51,068 bases of DNA, filler included, from Sphacelaria rigidula (GCA_964200075.2; 3 parts of 3 records of this genome joined end to end with filler, not necessarily neighbours in it); one strand, 5' to 3'; positions 1-13,510 are shown, counted from the whole stretch's first letter. A program made the numbers and translations. The notes: generated by a model from the sequence alone, not told the origin.

Positions 1-591
1 ACATTGCCTAGAACGAACCCAAGCGTGGGAATTCCCTGCTTCCCGTTGTGCTCGGCTTTTAACACGAGATCTTACAAATTGGGGATGGATGGATCTTTTA
101 TTGGGGATGAGAGACCCGGAGGATTAAAATCTTCGTATCCACACCAAATCTTTGAAATGTGGTTCCATTTCTTCACCTACCGATAACTATTGACAACTGC
201 TACACGCCATGGAAGTTTGGATTTCGATCACCAAAATGTCGGGGTCCTAGGTGAAAAAAAAATCGGAACCATCTTGGCGTCCGTTCGGACACCCGGAATT
301 CCCACAAACCGGTTTTTTACCTAGGACCCCGACATTTCGGTGATCGAAATCCAAACTTCTCTGGCGTGTAGCAGTTGTCAATCGTTATCGGTAGGTGAAG
401 AAATGGAACCATATGTCGAAGATTTGGTGTGGATACGGAGATTTTAATCCACCGGGTTTCTCATTTCCAATGAAAGATCCATCCCCAATTATTTGTAAGA
501 TCCCGTGTTTTTTCCCATTCCGATTTACGGGAAGATTTTCCGTCTCGAAACCATGCACTTTTGGGGGGTGGGGGCTATCGTAGAAAGTGTC
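1..591. mobile_element. Right part of a GAC..GTC-terminus MITE (same family as 22126-22373), interrupted by a foldback MITE
   Basis: 1-60 and 514-591 match the internal sequence and right TIR (..gctatcgtagaaagtgtc) of the element at 22126-22373; left end is outside the window. Confidence 0.75.
61..509. mobile_element. Foldback MITE with ~200-bp inverted arms, AAC..GTT termini, 4-bp TSD (tttt)
   Basis: 61-260 is the reverse complement of ~310-509; the empty site gctcggcttttcccatt is seen in the 22126-22373 copy. Confidence 0.8.
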
Positions 592-592
592 C

Positions 593-830
593 GGTGCAGA
601 ACATTGTTTCTGGCGCCGTGCACTCGGCCCATGTCGCTCGTTTGCGTTTCTATGCTGACTCGCAGTTGCACATTACTGCGGCACTAAAAGATGTGTTTCG
701 GCATTCGAATGCTCAAGGTGAATGTCGGATGGATACTTTGGTGCACGTCGCTTAGGATGATAATGGTGATTTCATTGTTTTGGTCGATTGGGAAGGGTTC
801 GGTGCTGAAGAACGTATATGCACGGCTCTT
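593..830 (+). pseudogene. Ty3/gypsy integrase C-terminal/chromodomain fragment
   Basis: Reads VQNIVSGAVHSAHVARLRFYADSQLHITAALKDVF..*DDNGDFIVLVDWEGFGAEE with an in-frame stop; homologous to 23750-23910. Confidence 0.7.
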
Positions 831-2901
831 TCGGGGCGTTCGCGTACACGGCTCTTCCTTGTTGGCCCCCGTTGCGCATACTTATCATGTCCGTATGCAC
901 GGGCTACCTGTCCAGGGCTAACTCCATGACGAACCTTCGTACTCAAGAGTCGAACTTCGTTGAGAGATCGAAACACATACCGTCTTCTTGAAGGGGTGTA
1001 CTTGTGAGAAGAGCTCGAAAGTGTGCGACCATCGTTGCCTTGCCCCTGTTGGAGGGGCTGGAATATAGCGTTTTATCCCCTTGGAGTCACCCAGATACAA
1101 GATTATTCCACGCTCAGGTATACCTGAATCTCCCATACGTGCTTTGGGAGAAACAACGAAAAGTTCAGGTGTACCTGGCGCGTTTTCCGCCACATTCAGG
1201 TAATCGGCGGTTTCGGGCATTCAGGTGGCTGTCGGTGGCTGGAAATCTGACTGGCATGTGCCACCTGTGCAGTTATGTACCTGACTTTCGCGGAAATACG
1301 TCCAGGCGTACCTGGATCTGTCGTTTCACCTATGGTAAAACACCTTTGCGATGGCCCTTGTCAATCCCACCTTGCAGTTGAGATTGGAATCTGCACGAAG
1401 ACAATCTTCACATATATTTCATTTTACCCAACGAAACAACCTTAGGCACCGTACCCACAGCAGCGATGGGAAAATTGAAACTGACGAAGTAGGTGGAGGT
1501 CAAGCGCTAACATCTGAGGAGTAGATGACGCTACGGAATAAGGTCTCACAATGCCAAGTACGCGGCTTGTGTGGCAGCTGATCTTCGACCGTCGGCGTGA
1601 CAAAAAATTGAGAGAAAGTGGCCATCGTCAGATGCCCTGGTATATCACCAAGGGGCAATGGGGAAACACTACGAATTGCTGTCTGGGGGAAGTCTCACTC
1701 AATGGAAGGCCAGCTTGCCCATCAGCTATACATGCACAACAGCTCCAGACTTGTCGTATGGCTTGACAAATTATGAACGAGACTACATACAACACAATGA
1801 ACTACCGCTGGCGATAAATCTAGCCCAGCCTGTCCGCCTATTGAAATCCCCAGAATATTACCCAGAGGCATCCATGCTATGCCGGCTGGGTAAAAACCAA
1901 AGGGGCTGTGCACTGAGCACGCTTGGGCCTACTAATACGCACGCCTGCCTTACATGTTCATTGCATACAGGTACCTTTTCATCACTAGGGAAGCAAAACA
2001 AATGCTACCTCTGCTATGCGTGGGTTCTGCGCACTGTACCGGTGTATGTTCGTAAGCCAAAAAAATCGATCAGTAACAATACTGCTATTATAGGCACCTC
2101 TACTTTCTCGGTACTGTACAGGTCATCCTACTGACGACAGTGTGACGCCACCTTCGCCTCAGTTCACCTCTCGGCTCCTCAAGCACTCACCACCTGACTA
2201 CATCCGACGAGGTCGAGGGAAGGCCAAGGCAAACAACCACCAAAAAACATCGGATAGACGTACGACCACACCGCCATATTTTCTCTTATGTACATGAGTA
2301 AGCGGACGAGACAACGTGGTCGGTACTCTTCTCCCCCCTCCCTTTACACTGTACAATCAGCTCGCCCCCACTTTCAAAACAGAGCAATCCCCTTCGTCCA
2401 AACATGTAGGCGTGCCAGCCCAGCGTAGTTCTTTAAAAGTTGAAAATCGTCCTATCTGAGCCAAGGCCGGCCACCCCCGGCGTTTCGAAAAGCCTCTTGT
2501 GGATACCTCGATACAAGCGGGGACAAAAGCAGAGAAATCAAACCCAAGACAGGCTCGCCCATCGCCGGAAAGCTCGTTGGATTTGGAGTTTGTCCCTGCG
2601 TACTGGAGACCACAGAGATGACGTCATGACCGGCGGAGGTTTCGCTACGTAGACACGCGGCAAGAGGCACAAGAGGTTCAAATTTTGCTTCATCTTCATT
2701 TCCCTCCGTCTGCACGCTCAAGCGCCGAGATTGCTTTGACCAAGACCACGTGGTTCATGGGGGCGAAAGCACCCCACATGCTAAAACAACCAATCCCTCA
2801 CGCTTGCTCGATCAAAAACAAGAGAGAGAACCCAACCCACCAGATCACCAACCACATGTGGAGCACCAACACACCGATATCAACCGCCCAGCCACTCAGC
2901 A

Positions 2902-3331
2902 TCAGAATTCGTCCCATTGATCCTGACCTATCGCTTCAAGCGCTAGCCGTCTTTCCTGCTGTCTCTCTTTCCTCTGCTCAAAGCCGCGACGGGATCGCTT
3001 TCCCGAGACTCTTTTTCTTCCCCCCGTACCGCCGCCGGTGCCAGGTCCATCACGGGCAAAACCCGTTGCTCCTCCTCCTCGGCCTGCGTCATCTCCGTCA
3101 CTTTCGTAATCGTCTTGGTTTTGGACGTCAGCATCATCGTTATCGACAGGCTCATCCACGAATACGTAGTCGCGATCCTCCGCTACGTTGTCCAGCTGTG
3201 GGATATCTTCGCCATCGTCCATGTCATCATGGTTGTGATGGGGGGCAGCCGGGTTCTGGCGCATGATCTCCCTTTCGAATTGTTCCGCGTTGATAGTGCC
3301 CAGCAGGGCTTTGCACCCGGCGTTGAACACG
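2902..3331 (-). CDS. SAYSD1: SAYSvFN-domain protein, exon 3 (last; SVFNAGCKALLGTINAEQFEREI.. plus acidic and basic tail)
   Basis: Acceptor acacag|c; completes the SAYSVFN motif with exon 2; GTxxAEQFEREI is typical of the family; stop at 2902-2904. Confidence 0.85.
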
Positions 3332-3806
3332 CTGTGTGTGTGCACGCACGCATGTTTGTATGGACAAACACGAAGACGGTGGGGAAGAGAACACGCCAGC
3401 TTGTGCAGTTTACTGAGAGTGATTCATCCACGAACTAGACAGTAACAGTTGCCACGCGCACAATTTTTGCGATCGTTTAGGTATGGGTTCGAGCATTTCG
3501 CTCCCATTTGGAGAGATACGAGATAACAACCGTGTAGGGCACCGCAAATGACGTCAAGTGCGACAGAATGCATGGAGGAGGGAATCGTTCGCCCTTCCTC
3601 CGTCCTTCCTTTCCAACATGTACATGCCACAGTAACTGCTGTAAGGGGAATTCTCCCCGTGCACAGTAACGCTACCCCGCATTTCATCATATGTCGAAAA
3701 TACGCCTTAGACTGTACCCTGCGTCTTTCCGCGTGATTCTCATGCACCTAGGCTGCCGCGCCCCGAAAACAAGTCCATAACCAAGCGCAGAAAAAGAAAC
3801 GGTCAC

Positions 3807-3891
3807 CTGTAGGCCGACCACTCGCCCTCCTCGCGTTCGCCCAAGTTGGCAAATATCATGCCCATCGCGCTCACAATGAAGTACACAGCGC
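3807..3891 (-). CDS. SAYSD1: SAYSvFN-domain protein, exon 2 (GAVYFIVSAMGMIFANLGEREEGEWSAYS)
   Basis: 85-nt exon with aag| acceptor and |gtgacc donor; phases 1/2 fit exons 1 and 3; hydrophobic segment, NLG and SAY motif. Confidence 0.88.
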
Positions 3892-4828
3892 CTTTAGAGG
3901 GATGAGTTATTATGGGATGCGTGGATTTTCAAACATTTGCAACAGCGCACACGCGGAGGAGGGGGAAATATCGAGGAAGTGAGGAGCCAGGTGGGCATCA
4001 AACACTGTGACCTGCGCTCTTCGCTTCTCAGCGACATTTCACAAACTGATGATACATCGACTTGGACTTCGTGCTGTATCAGTTGGAATCACATGTACAG
4101 GAAATGTCCGAGAGCTCCGCAGAGGTTTCCACATTTGGTGATGGAATTAATATTACCAAAAAAGCCAGCCAGGACCAAGGATCTTGGCCGTCTGCCCGGC
4201 TTAAATAGCATTCAAAGACCCCCGAGCACAGGGTGCTGGGCGTGTCTTCAGGGTCCGTGATGTACTTCCATGGTAACGTAAGGAAGATCGCAAGCATCGA
4301 GATGGACAAGCATGTAAACAAACACGTCAAGATCATAAAAACATCGGTAAAGATTTCCACACTTGCTTCTGGAATTGACATTACGAAAATTGGTGCACAT
4401 CCTGTACTGCTGTACATTTTCTGCTCATGTCGCGTTGCTGGGCAAATGCCCATGGCCCCTCGCAAGGGTTGAATGTCGCCGTCTGCCGTAGGGCAGCATC
4501 ACAGCACCATCTCTGATGACATGCCTCTGCGATGTGCCTCATCACACACTACGCCAACGTCCTCGACCCAGACAAATCCGCCACGGTCGACATCGTAGGT
4601 GCAGTGGGGTGGAGGGGGAGCGGGGGGGTACTCATGATATTGCATACCGCAGTCAAAACATCATTGACCTCACATTCCTACAAAGCCAGGACGGAGCACG
4701 TCGACTTGTCGCAGGGCCATACTCGCAATCAGTCACCAAGCGCGAAGCGCCGTGATGTGTACAGCGTGTCGCATGAGGGGTGAGCTGCATCCTGCTAGAT
4801 TGTTCGGCCCGAAGCGTACCGATCATCT

Positions 4829-4831
<3 letters not shown>

Positions 4832-4869
<38 letters not shown>
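4832..4869. repeat. (AT)n microsatellite
   Basis: Direct reading. Confidence 0.95.
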
Positions 4870-4871
<2 letters not shown>

Positions 4872-4896
4872 CAGCCTCGAACGAGTTGCTCCATTC

Positions 4897-5339
4897 AACA
4901 GCCGATCATCGAAATTGAGGATGGAGCTTTTCATTGATGATGAGAACCTGGAGGATTAAAATCTTCGAATCCACACTAAATCTTCGAAATATGGTTTCGC
5001 TCTTTCACCTACTGGTAGCGATCGACAAGTATCACACGTCATACAAATTTGGATTTCGATAACTGAAATGTTGGGCTCCTAGATAAACAAATAAAACGAT
5101 TTCGGGGAATTTTGGCGATCCGATCGGATCACCTAGTTCCCCAAAATAAATCTTCATCTAGGACCCCAACATTTCGGTTATCGAAATATAAACTTGTAAG
5201 GCATGTGGCAGTTGTCGATAGCCACCAGGTGACGAAATGGAACCATATTTTGAAGATTTGGTGTGGATACGAAGATTTTATCCCCCGGGTTTTCATCGTC
5301 AATGAAAAGCTCTTTCCTTATTTTCGATGATCGACTGTT
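4897..5339. mobile_element. Foldback MITE, second copy of the 61-509 family
   Basis: TIR aacagccgatcatcgaaa/tttcgatgatcgactgtt, long inverted arms homologous to 61-509, flanks attc/attt. Confidence 0.8.
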
Positions 5340-6799
5340 ATTTTCTGATTTTCTGTTATCGCCACTTGCAGAGACAGCCTCGGGTTACACTGCCTTATGG
5401 GTGTCTCACTATAGGGGGGGACGGGGGAATTCTGGAAACAGGCTGTGGGAGCGACGCCCGGGACTATTACAGCAATCAAAATGTCTCGCATCCAACGGCG
5501 ACGCAACCCCGCCTATCAACCGCATTTCCCAATATTATAGACACCGAACTTGGAGGAGCGAGAAGAAGATTGGGTAGTTCAGAGCGGCTTCACTTCTCGT
5601 TAGTAGAAAAGCTTCCGCGGGGGGGGAGAGTTGCAAGACAACGCGATGACTATGTATGTTCCGTTCTCCGATGACACATGATCGATGACGCATCCGAGAA
5701 ATGAGATGGAAAACGCCTGCTTCGGGGAAAAAAGTCTAACTAGACCCGACACACCGACGGTCGCTCTGCGTTCGACCCGAACGGCAAATCGTATGGTCTG
5801 ATATGCCATGCATGGCGATGCGTTTACATTGTCATGAGTACTGAATCCCAGAATCCGATGTTGAAAATTGAAGGAGAGCATATCTACGATCGGGAACGGG
5901 TTTTAGATATCCCCAGATCAATATCTTCGGATGTTACGCGTTCATGTCGGTTCCTAGAGCCTCGCCAGTTGTACAAGACATGAGAAACTATTTTATACCA
6001 TTCAGGCTTGGCTATTGCTTCGGGGTCAAAGTCATGGTGTCAACAACAAACACAAAACCGATTATTTTATCTTTTCCGCGGACATCAGAAAGATACCACG
6101 ACCCTGCACTCGAGCGCGACAAGGCGGCGCCCTGAATCCTGACCCGCCGATATCTCCAACTCGAGCCCCGTACAACTGAGGCATGGGCTACAGTACCATG
6201 TACACATACGCGTAGCGCAACAAGTGGCCAATACACAACTAGTGATACCCAATAAATGCCTGCCTTCACGCTTGTAGACGCGGGTTCGAGCCCCGACGTC
6301 GCTGTATTTTTTGTGTTTTTCTTCGTCCTAATTTGTTTCGTTTTCTCCCACTTTTTGATCGCCTTTTGATCACGTTTTGACGCCTTTCTAGCTTCATTTT
6401 ATATCCCTTCGAATGAAACCAAGATCCATCACACTATTCAAAATCGGGGTTTTTCCGGATGACCAGAACACTCATGAGACACGACAAGGAAACTGAAGTG
6501 AAAAATATCGTGTTCTGCGCTCAGGGGGGTGGACGACCAATGCCCTTTAAATTGATCCGGTTAGCCCTGGAAGAGCCCCGGCTATCCCCGGAGGGAAACG
6601 CTGCAAAGCTATCCCCAGGACCTTCCATCGATTTTCTCCACTTTTTTCATCGCCCAAGTTCCTTTAGTTATCATAGTTATTTCAATAGCATATTTCAAAG
6701 TTTCATGTTTCGTGCCAAACCGTCTACTAGCCGTAAAAGTGCGAGTCATCGCACAGTGTGCAATCGCTTTTCGGGATAATCTCTAACTTGCTTTGTTAT

Positions 6800-7245
6800 C
6801 GCACCCCTGTCTGATAACTCCGATCTGTGCTTCAACTTCGATCCCCGCGCGGAAACTTGTGCGGAAATGAATTGAATAATCGGCGTCACTATTTTGATGT
6901 ACACCCCTATGCGATAACCCTGACCTCCGACTTATGCGATATCTCCGACCTGTGCAATTCTGAATAAATCAAACCGTCGACAATACTGATTTTTCAATCT
7001 TGCCCCTGTGCGTTAGCTGCGATACATGCAATACTGAATGGCCATGTACCCCGAGGCCACACGTGACAGCGTCTCACGCCCGAAAGTGGGATCTTGGTCG
7101 GAGAGAGACATGGCACCATCGCGCCCCTGTGCGATGACCCCGATTCCTTGGCGAAAACCGAATTAAATCACTCCTATTATACTATTATACTTGGACTTTT
7201 ATCGCACAGGGGTGCAATCACTCCGACCTTTGCGATGACTCGCAC
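6800..7245. repeat. Degenerate ~100-120-bp-period repeat with core cccctgtgcgataactccgac, plus one inverted copy
   Basis: Core copies near 6801, 6901, 7001 and 7121; inverted atcgcacaggggtgc at 7201. Confidence 0.6.
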
Positions 7246-8269
7246 TCTCATGGTATTGTGGGTCATCGGTATCAGCCAAATATGTCAGTCCAGAGTGGTA
7301 CGTTTGTGTACGAACCACAGCACAAGCGACACGATACGATGGTACAAGCAACGAGCTCCAGATTATTCATACTTGTTTTCTCCCTGGTCCCTTAGGTGCA
7401 CCAATGTCTCTTACATACTTTGATACTGATTTTGATAGATTGTGCAGTACAGAACCTTGAGGTCTCACAGGGTGGGACAGATCAAAACAGCACAACACAA
7501 CACAACACAACACAGGACAAAGCAGGACAGTATTCACGTCCTCACCGTGCTTCACAATGCAGTAACGTTGTATTCCACGGTGTTGTTCCCCTTCAATGAC
7601 TGGAAGCTTTCATGCCATACAGATCCATTCTAGCTTCAGTACAATTGACGCAGAGAAGCACAAAAATGACACATTCAAACGTTCGTCCACAGCTGTCCTC
7701 CGCACTGGATACAAAACTTCTAAAACTGCAATCTGTCGCATTGTGAAACCAAGTGGTGAAAACTTCGCAAGAGCTCGGCCAAGTCAAAGTTGGCAGACCA
7801 CCAAAATCTCCGAGTAGAGGACAGCTAACACCTGGCTGAGGGTTGATACTGGTACAACACAACTGCAACCGCCTTTTTGGCTGCCAGACTCCCACGACGC
7901 CTTCATCGTAAGGCCGAGTCTTATTGAGAGAAGAAAATGACGATGAGATTGTGAGAGTGAGATTGAGAATGATAATGACAATGACAATGACAATGACGAA
8001 AAGCCCAAGCGTGGACACCAGCAGCCCTAGAACGGATGAGCAATCCGATGAGACATGAGAATACGAAAGGGGACGTGAAACGGTTGCGACGCGCGGGCTG
8101 TTCGTCACGATCGCTCTCTTCTCACAAACTAAATATAATTCATGTCTCGAGAAGACGGGGCCTATGTTCTGGTACCGTCTATAACAAAACGTGGCCCCCA
8201 ACCCAGGTGGATGTAGTACAGTGGTCCTCGGCAGGAAACACAGATCGAGATGTGTTTACTACAGCCGGT

Positions 8270-8356
8270 TGCCCCGGTGACTCAAGTGGTAACCTCGACC
8301 CCTTCTGGCGGTTGGGCTGTGGATTCGAATCTCGGAGCGATCTGAGATTTTTTTTT
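8270..8356 (+). pseudogene. tRNA-derived sequence (SINE head or tRNA pseudogene)
   Basis: A-box-like tgactcaagtggt, B-box-like ggattcgaatc, followed by a T run; no clean cloverleaf. Confidence 0.4.
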
Positions 8357-9536
8357 CCCACACAATGCCCAATAGTGGAGAGCGACCACGTCGTGTGCAC
8401 AAAATTGGACTTGACGGTCGACGAGGGAAAGGGACTGCTGAACTCCTCTCGCGATGAAACAAAGGGCAAGCACCGTAGAAGGAAGGTGGAGAATTAAAAA
8501 CAAATAAAAGGGAAAAAAGTCTTGTGTTGGCCTACCTCCTGTGTGAACACGACTGGTGCGCCCACATATACCGGAAGGTGTAGACCGGCGTCCAGAATAG
8601 ATGGGACGACGTCACACCCCAGTTCGCATCCCCAACTTCACGGTTATCTCATTTTTGAACTGACTCTAATCCCAGCCCCATCAATTGTTAATCATCATCA
8701 ATCAATCCCAGCCCCAACCACAGCCCGATGCATACCGAGGACCCTCGGGCAAGGAGAGTGCAACGGGTGCCCTACACAAAGTGTGAGTTGGCATACCTGA
8801 TGCCATGTCTTATTGAGACAACAAAAATGAGGTACTATTTTGCTGTTGAGCATGCTCGTGAATGCTCACAGGGTGATCAAGGGAAATCACCCGCGATTCC
8901 TATCGATCGAAGGCAATATTTCACCTCGACATGAGAACGTGATATGACAAACCGCGAATATACCCCGCGCTGTCACAAGCCCAAAAGATAGACGTGAATT
9001 TCTCGTGTGCGGTCTAGGCTAGGCTTATGCTTTTTATGCGCGCATACGATTTCGCATCAAACGGACGTTTGTGCATAACCTTAAAGCGTTTTTTTTCAAA
9101 CATATGTTCATAGATATTCCGCATAACGAAGGCATAAAAGCTAAGTTTTACGCATAACTTGGCGCATATAGTACTCCGACGGGATGATGCACCCCATGCC
9201 CAGCAGGTAGTAGCTGCCCACGGGTGCTCCATGTGGCGTGGCTCGTCGAGTCGTGGCGTTTGTTTTCGTACCTTTTTTTTATTTTGTTGCGGGTCTGATA
9301 TCGTTTATTGTGCTGTATGTGTACTACTTTATGCTTCATGTAAAGTGATGAAAAACAATCGTATCATATTTCACATCAGACGTAGGCTTTTGCTGTATAT
9401 CCCCATTTTCCTTGTTTCCATGCTGGAAGGTGCGTTCCATGAGGGGCGCCGCCAGGAACCGTCTCAAACAAAGAGGCGAAAAAGGCGCATAAGCTGCGCA
9501 TATCCACCAAAATACGTATATATCGGCGCATAATTT

Positions 9537-9698
9537 CACACCCTGGACAATATATGGTCGATAGATGCAATAGACTAGAAGTGTGCTGCATAAAGTACTG
9601 CAACTATTGCCGGCTGACAATGGTTGCAATAGGCCCATACTTTATGCAGTACGTTTCTTGTCTATTGCAACTATTGACCATGTATTGTTCAAGGTGTG
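9537..9698. mobile_element. Palindromic hAT-type MITE
   Basis: TIR cacaccctggacaatatatggtcgatag/ctattgaccatgtattgttcaaggtgtg; 8-bp TSD cataattt/cataatct. Confidence 0.8.
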
Positions 9699-9789
9699 CA
9701 TAATCTTCACCTTTGAGCAGAAGAAAAAATTGAAATGAAACGCATGAAAAAAGAAAAATATGAGCATGAAAAGTAAAGGCCTAGTCCAG

Positions 9790-11190
9790 CAGGGTTGCAC
9801 ATCGGATATCGATAATCGATACGGTTTCGATAAATATCGGCGATATGCCATATCGGTATCGGACCGTAGAAAACCGATGTATGTGATATGTATCGATATC
9901 GAATATCAATATCGAATATTTTTGTTTATTTTTCATCACATTAGCTCAATTTCTCGAAACCGTCGTCACAGGAAACGCAGGGCGTGGTATTTCCCGAACG
10001 GCAGACCCCCAGTTGATGTGCAACCCTGCCCCCCCCCATCTCTCACTCCACAACGTCACCTTCACACACCACACACCACTGGTGCCTCGTGGGTTTAGGG
10101 TTTAGTGATATGATCCAGCGGGGGTGTTTATCGACGGCAACATACGGGTGGCGTGGCGAAGAAGATATGAGGTCACGATCAATGCAAAGCTGCACATGAC
10201 GGTAAAAAACAGTCCTTCGGAGTATGAAGAGATGGTTCTGTCACTTCGCCTTTCCTTCATGTTTGACGAGTGTTGGGTTTATTCTACCCTCCATCCATTA
10301 GTCTGTTATGACTAAGGCATGCATGATTATGAGTACACATCCATTAGTCTGGACAATCTAATTGTTGCAAGCTTGCTGGTCTTTTCTTCTGGGTTGGCGA
10401 CATACAAATATATATATATATATATATATTTGGCGACCAAAAATGAAAACTTGAGGCATGTTGCCGACGTTTCCTGTTATTGGTGATGAAACACGTTGAA
10501 AAAAAAAGAGCTCGCGAGTTAGTTTGTGCATGTTCGAGGTTTGACACCTTTTCCTTTTTCAATTAATGTGCGGAGTCGAGGTATGCGTCAGTCGATCGAA
10601 ACACACGGAATAGTGACCGTAGAAATGAAAACAGTATAACCAACACCACACCCGGCCCGCTGTGATCAACTATAATGCCTCTTGCACGACGACGAAAGAT
10701 ATCGCAAGACAGCTGTATCACCGCATGCCCCCGCTGCTATGATGTCAATTTGCACACTACCCGTTGCTGTACATCATGTGTGCACTGCTGTCCACTGGAA
10801 ACTACCGTAGGTTGCTTGAGATACCACACCCTCAGGAGCGATTTTCAAAGCTCGATTACTTTCTCTCGACGAGATGGTGGCAACGCCGCCCAGTTAAGCC
10901 GTGGCATCGCTCCCGGTGAGGAGTAAGTGAGCCTTTGAAAACTGTCTAGGGGATGTGACATCTTAGGCGACCTATAATAGTGTGTGAGGGTTTCAGTGTG
11001 CCAGTGTACTTACTGCTCGGTCTTGTACACTGCGGCCATACCAAAACAGCCGTATCGTATCGAATATCGATACTCGATACGTATCGTGTCATTTTCGGAA
11101 TATCGACAAAAAATATCGGTATCGGCGGTTGCGGTTCGATATTACAAGAATATTTATCGGGCTTTAGTCTCGGCCCGATATGCAACCCTG
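9790..11190. mobile_element. Non-autonomous hAT-type DNA transposon (1401 bp)
   Basis: TIR cagggttgcacatcgg/ccgatatgcaaccctg, perfect 8-bp TSD tagtccag, subterminal tatcga/gatat-rich repeats at both ends. Confidence 0.88.
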
Positions 11191-11806
11191 TAGTCCAGAC
11201 CCCATGATGAGCCGAACAGCCCACGCATGGCATCCATTCTACGTTGCGTTTCGCATGCTCAATGAATTATTCGTCCCATGCTCAACCAAATAGGTTTTGG
11301 AACGACCAATAGTTTTAGCAAGGTTCGAAATGGTGTTGAGGCCGTGTCTCATAAAAAAAAATTCGTGTCCAAAACGTGTGATCGAACCGAATTCGCTCGT
11401 TTCTGATATGTCCACGCTGCGATTTTTCTCAAATGGTTGAGAACATAAATGCCGTGGACGTATCAGGTACGAGCGCACTCGAGTCCACCGTACGCTTCCG
11501 AGTCGAAAATAATTTGATAAGACACGGCCTGAGCATGGTGCATCAGAACTCACCAGTGTTGTTCCTTCTTAATATTATGGAGGCATTATACTGAAATTAT
11601 AATTAATTATCCGCGGCGTCAATCAGAGACGGTCATACTCTAAGGCCCAAAATATGGTGAAGCTAAAGGGGGCGGACGTCCTCGGAAGAGAGGTCTCCAC
11701 ATCAGCACGGATACCTGGCGCTACAGACCAGCTTCCGCGCGTTTGACAGCCGGATGGAAAAGGATGCCTACAGGCTGGTTCACGGAAAAAAAACAAAAAA
11801 CACTCA

Positions 11807-12346
11807 TCGGCAAAACTTCCACACGTGGGACAGCTCATGATGAGCTACCTGAAATATCGAATCGAAGAGAACTCTTAGATCCATTGTACAAAATCATATA
11901 ACACGTGATAGCAGTGTCCGAGAAGCCAAAGCGTTGCCTTCCCGCTACACGGCGTGCTCGGCGCCCATCGCTGTCGGGAGCTCATACGGAAATAGTGGCC
12001 AAATAAGCTAGCTCATGATCCGGATCAGTAGTCCAATAACAAGTAATATCATGGTAGCTCATGAGCTGTCCGAAGTGTGAAAACTTCCCGCCGTTTTAAG
12101 GAGTTAGACCCTGAAAATTTGCGCAGGTGTTTTATGGGTCATTAGGCAACTTGGTATGAACGAGTTTTTTTTACTTCTTGACATTTCACCGTTTTTCAGG
12201 GGTCCCAGTTTTTTCGGGAAAACTTCGATCCAGTCGGACCCCCGTAAAACGGTTAAAAACAATAAATAAAAAAACCTTGTCCATTACAAGTTGGGCAATG
12301 ACCCATAGCACACCTGTGCAAAATTTCAGGGTCTAACTCCTTGAAA
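11807..12346. repeat. Two adjacent long inverted repeats (foldback/MITE-like)
   Basis: 11807-11860 vs 12046-12093 (ggacagctcatga..gagctacc) and 12094-12172 vs 12268-12346 (aggagttagaccctgaaa..). Confidence 0.7.
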
Positions 12347-12359
12347 TGGCGTGAAGGTT

Positions 12360-13510
12360 TTCGCGTTTGTGCGATGAACCTTGCCGTGCCACGCTGAAAC
12401 GGCAAGCTACCAGATTTTAGTATAAAAATGGCGTTTTGGGGCGTTTTTCGACGTGAGCATGAAAATTAAAGCACCAGTTAATCGATTTTGGCCACGAAAC
12501 TTGGTGGGGTTCTTCCTTGGGTTTTGTGGCGGCAGAGCTTTTGGGTAAAAAATGAAATGAATACAGTAGTGCCGGTTTTCGGGGGTCCCAGAATGGATAT
12601 CCTTGAAAAACGACTTGGATCCCACCGGACCCCCGAAAAACGGTGAAAAAATCAAGGATTAGAAAAACCTCGTTGATCGAAACTCGCGTGCTGGTTCATA
12701 GCACATTTGTGCAAAGTTTTACGGTCTAACTCCTAATAAATGCGTGAAGATTTGCGCGTTTGTGCGAGGATGTGAGCATAAAACGTGCAAACTCCTAACT
12801 ACTTGGTTTGAGTATGAAAACATCTTTTAGGGTGAATTTTACGTCAAGGTAAGAAAAGTTGTATGAGATTTTCGAGTTTCTCCACAAAAAATTGTGCATG
12901 TGTTCCTTGGACCATCCTGGGACGCATCATGTTATTATTTATTCTTCTGAGTCATTCTGTACCGCCTTTCGGGGGTCTTTGTACTGGGACCCCCGGAAGC
13001 CGGTAGAGAACGGAGAAACTTTGAACCCTTGCCAAGAACACATTTTTTCCATTTGGAGCATCAATAGCTACGGAACTGCCAAGTGTGAGGATGATCTGAG
13101 CTTTTCTACAACAGATATAAAGGAAATCGTCACGAGGCTCCCTCGGTCTTTCCTGAGTATTATGGGTGGAAATTAGACGACGCCCAACTGCACATCACCG
13201 AAACATTGCGGTTTCGGGTATAATTCGACCCCGTTGAAACCGTTTTCAAATCCTATAATCATGTTAGATTCTTGAGGTGATGACGGTCACTACAATTTGA
13301 AGCATGTGGAGATTCGGTGGAAACTGGGGAATTCGTATTTTCAACTTCGGAACAGTTTGAAAGGCGCTGATTGGTCGAGATACATTTTTGTCCATAGTGC
13401 CACCGCTATAGCCTTGCAAAAAATCCGGCGATGTCACCCTCTTCGTCTGTTCATTGCGGTCAGTACGATACCATGTATGCGACTATTGGGTGCGTATTGC
13501 AGAAGGCATT
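12360..13510 (+). repeat. Dispersed ~1.1-kb repeat (probable non-autonomous TE), inverted copy at 34184-35290
   Basis: Colinear homology at both ends and in the middle with the reverse complement of 34184-35290. Confidence 0.75.

Noticed and set aside
6800-7245. Possible CRISPR-like array
   Set aside because: Repeats are degenerate, spacers are mutually similar, the context is eukaryotic and no cas genes are present
12859-13176. ORF similar to ORF 34514-34828, suggesting a conserved small gene
   Set aside because: Both lie within copies of a dispersed repeat and the similarity is broken by frameshifts
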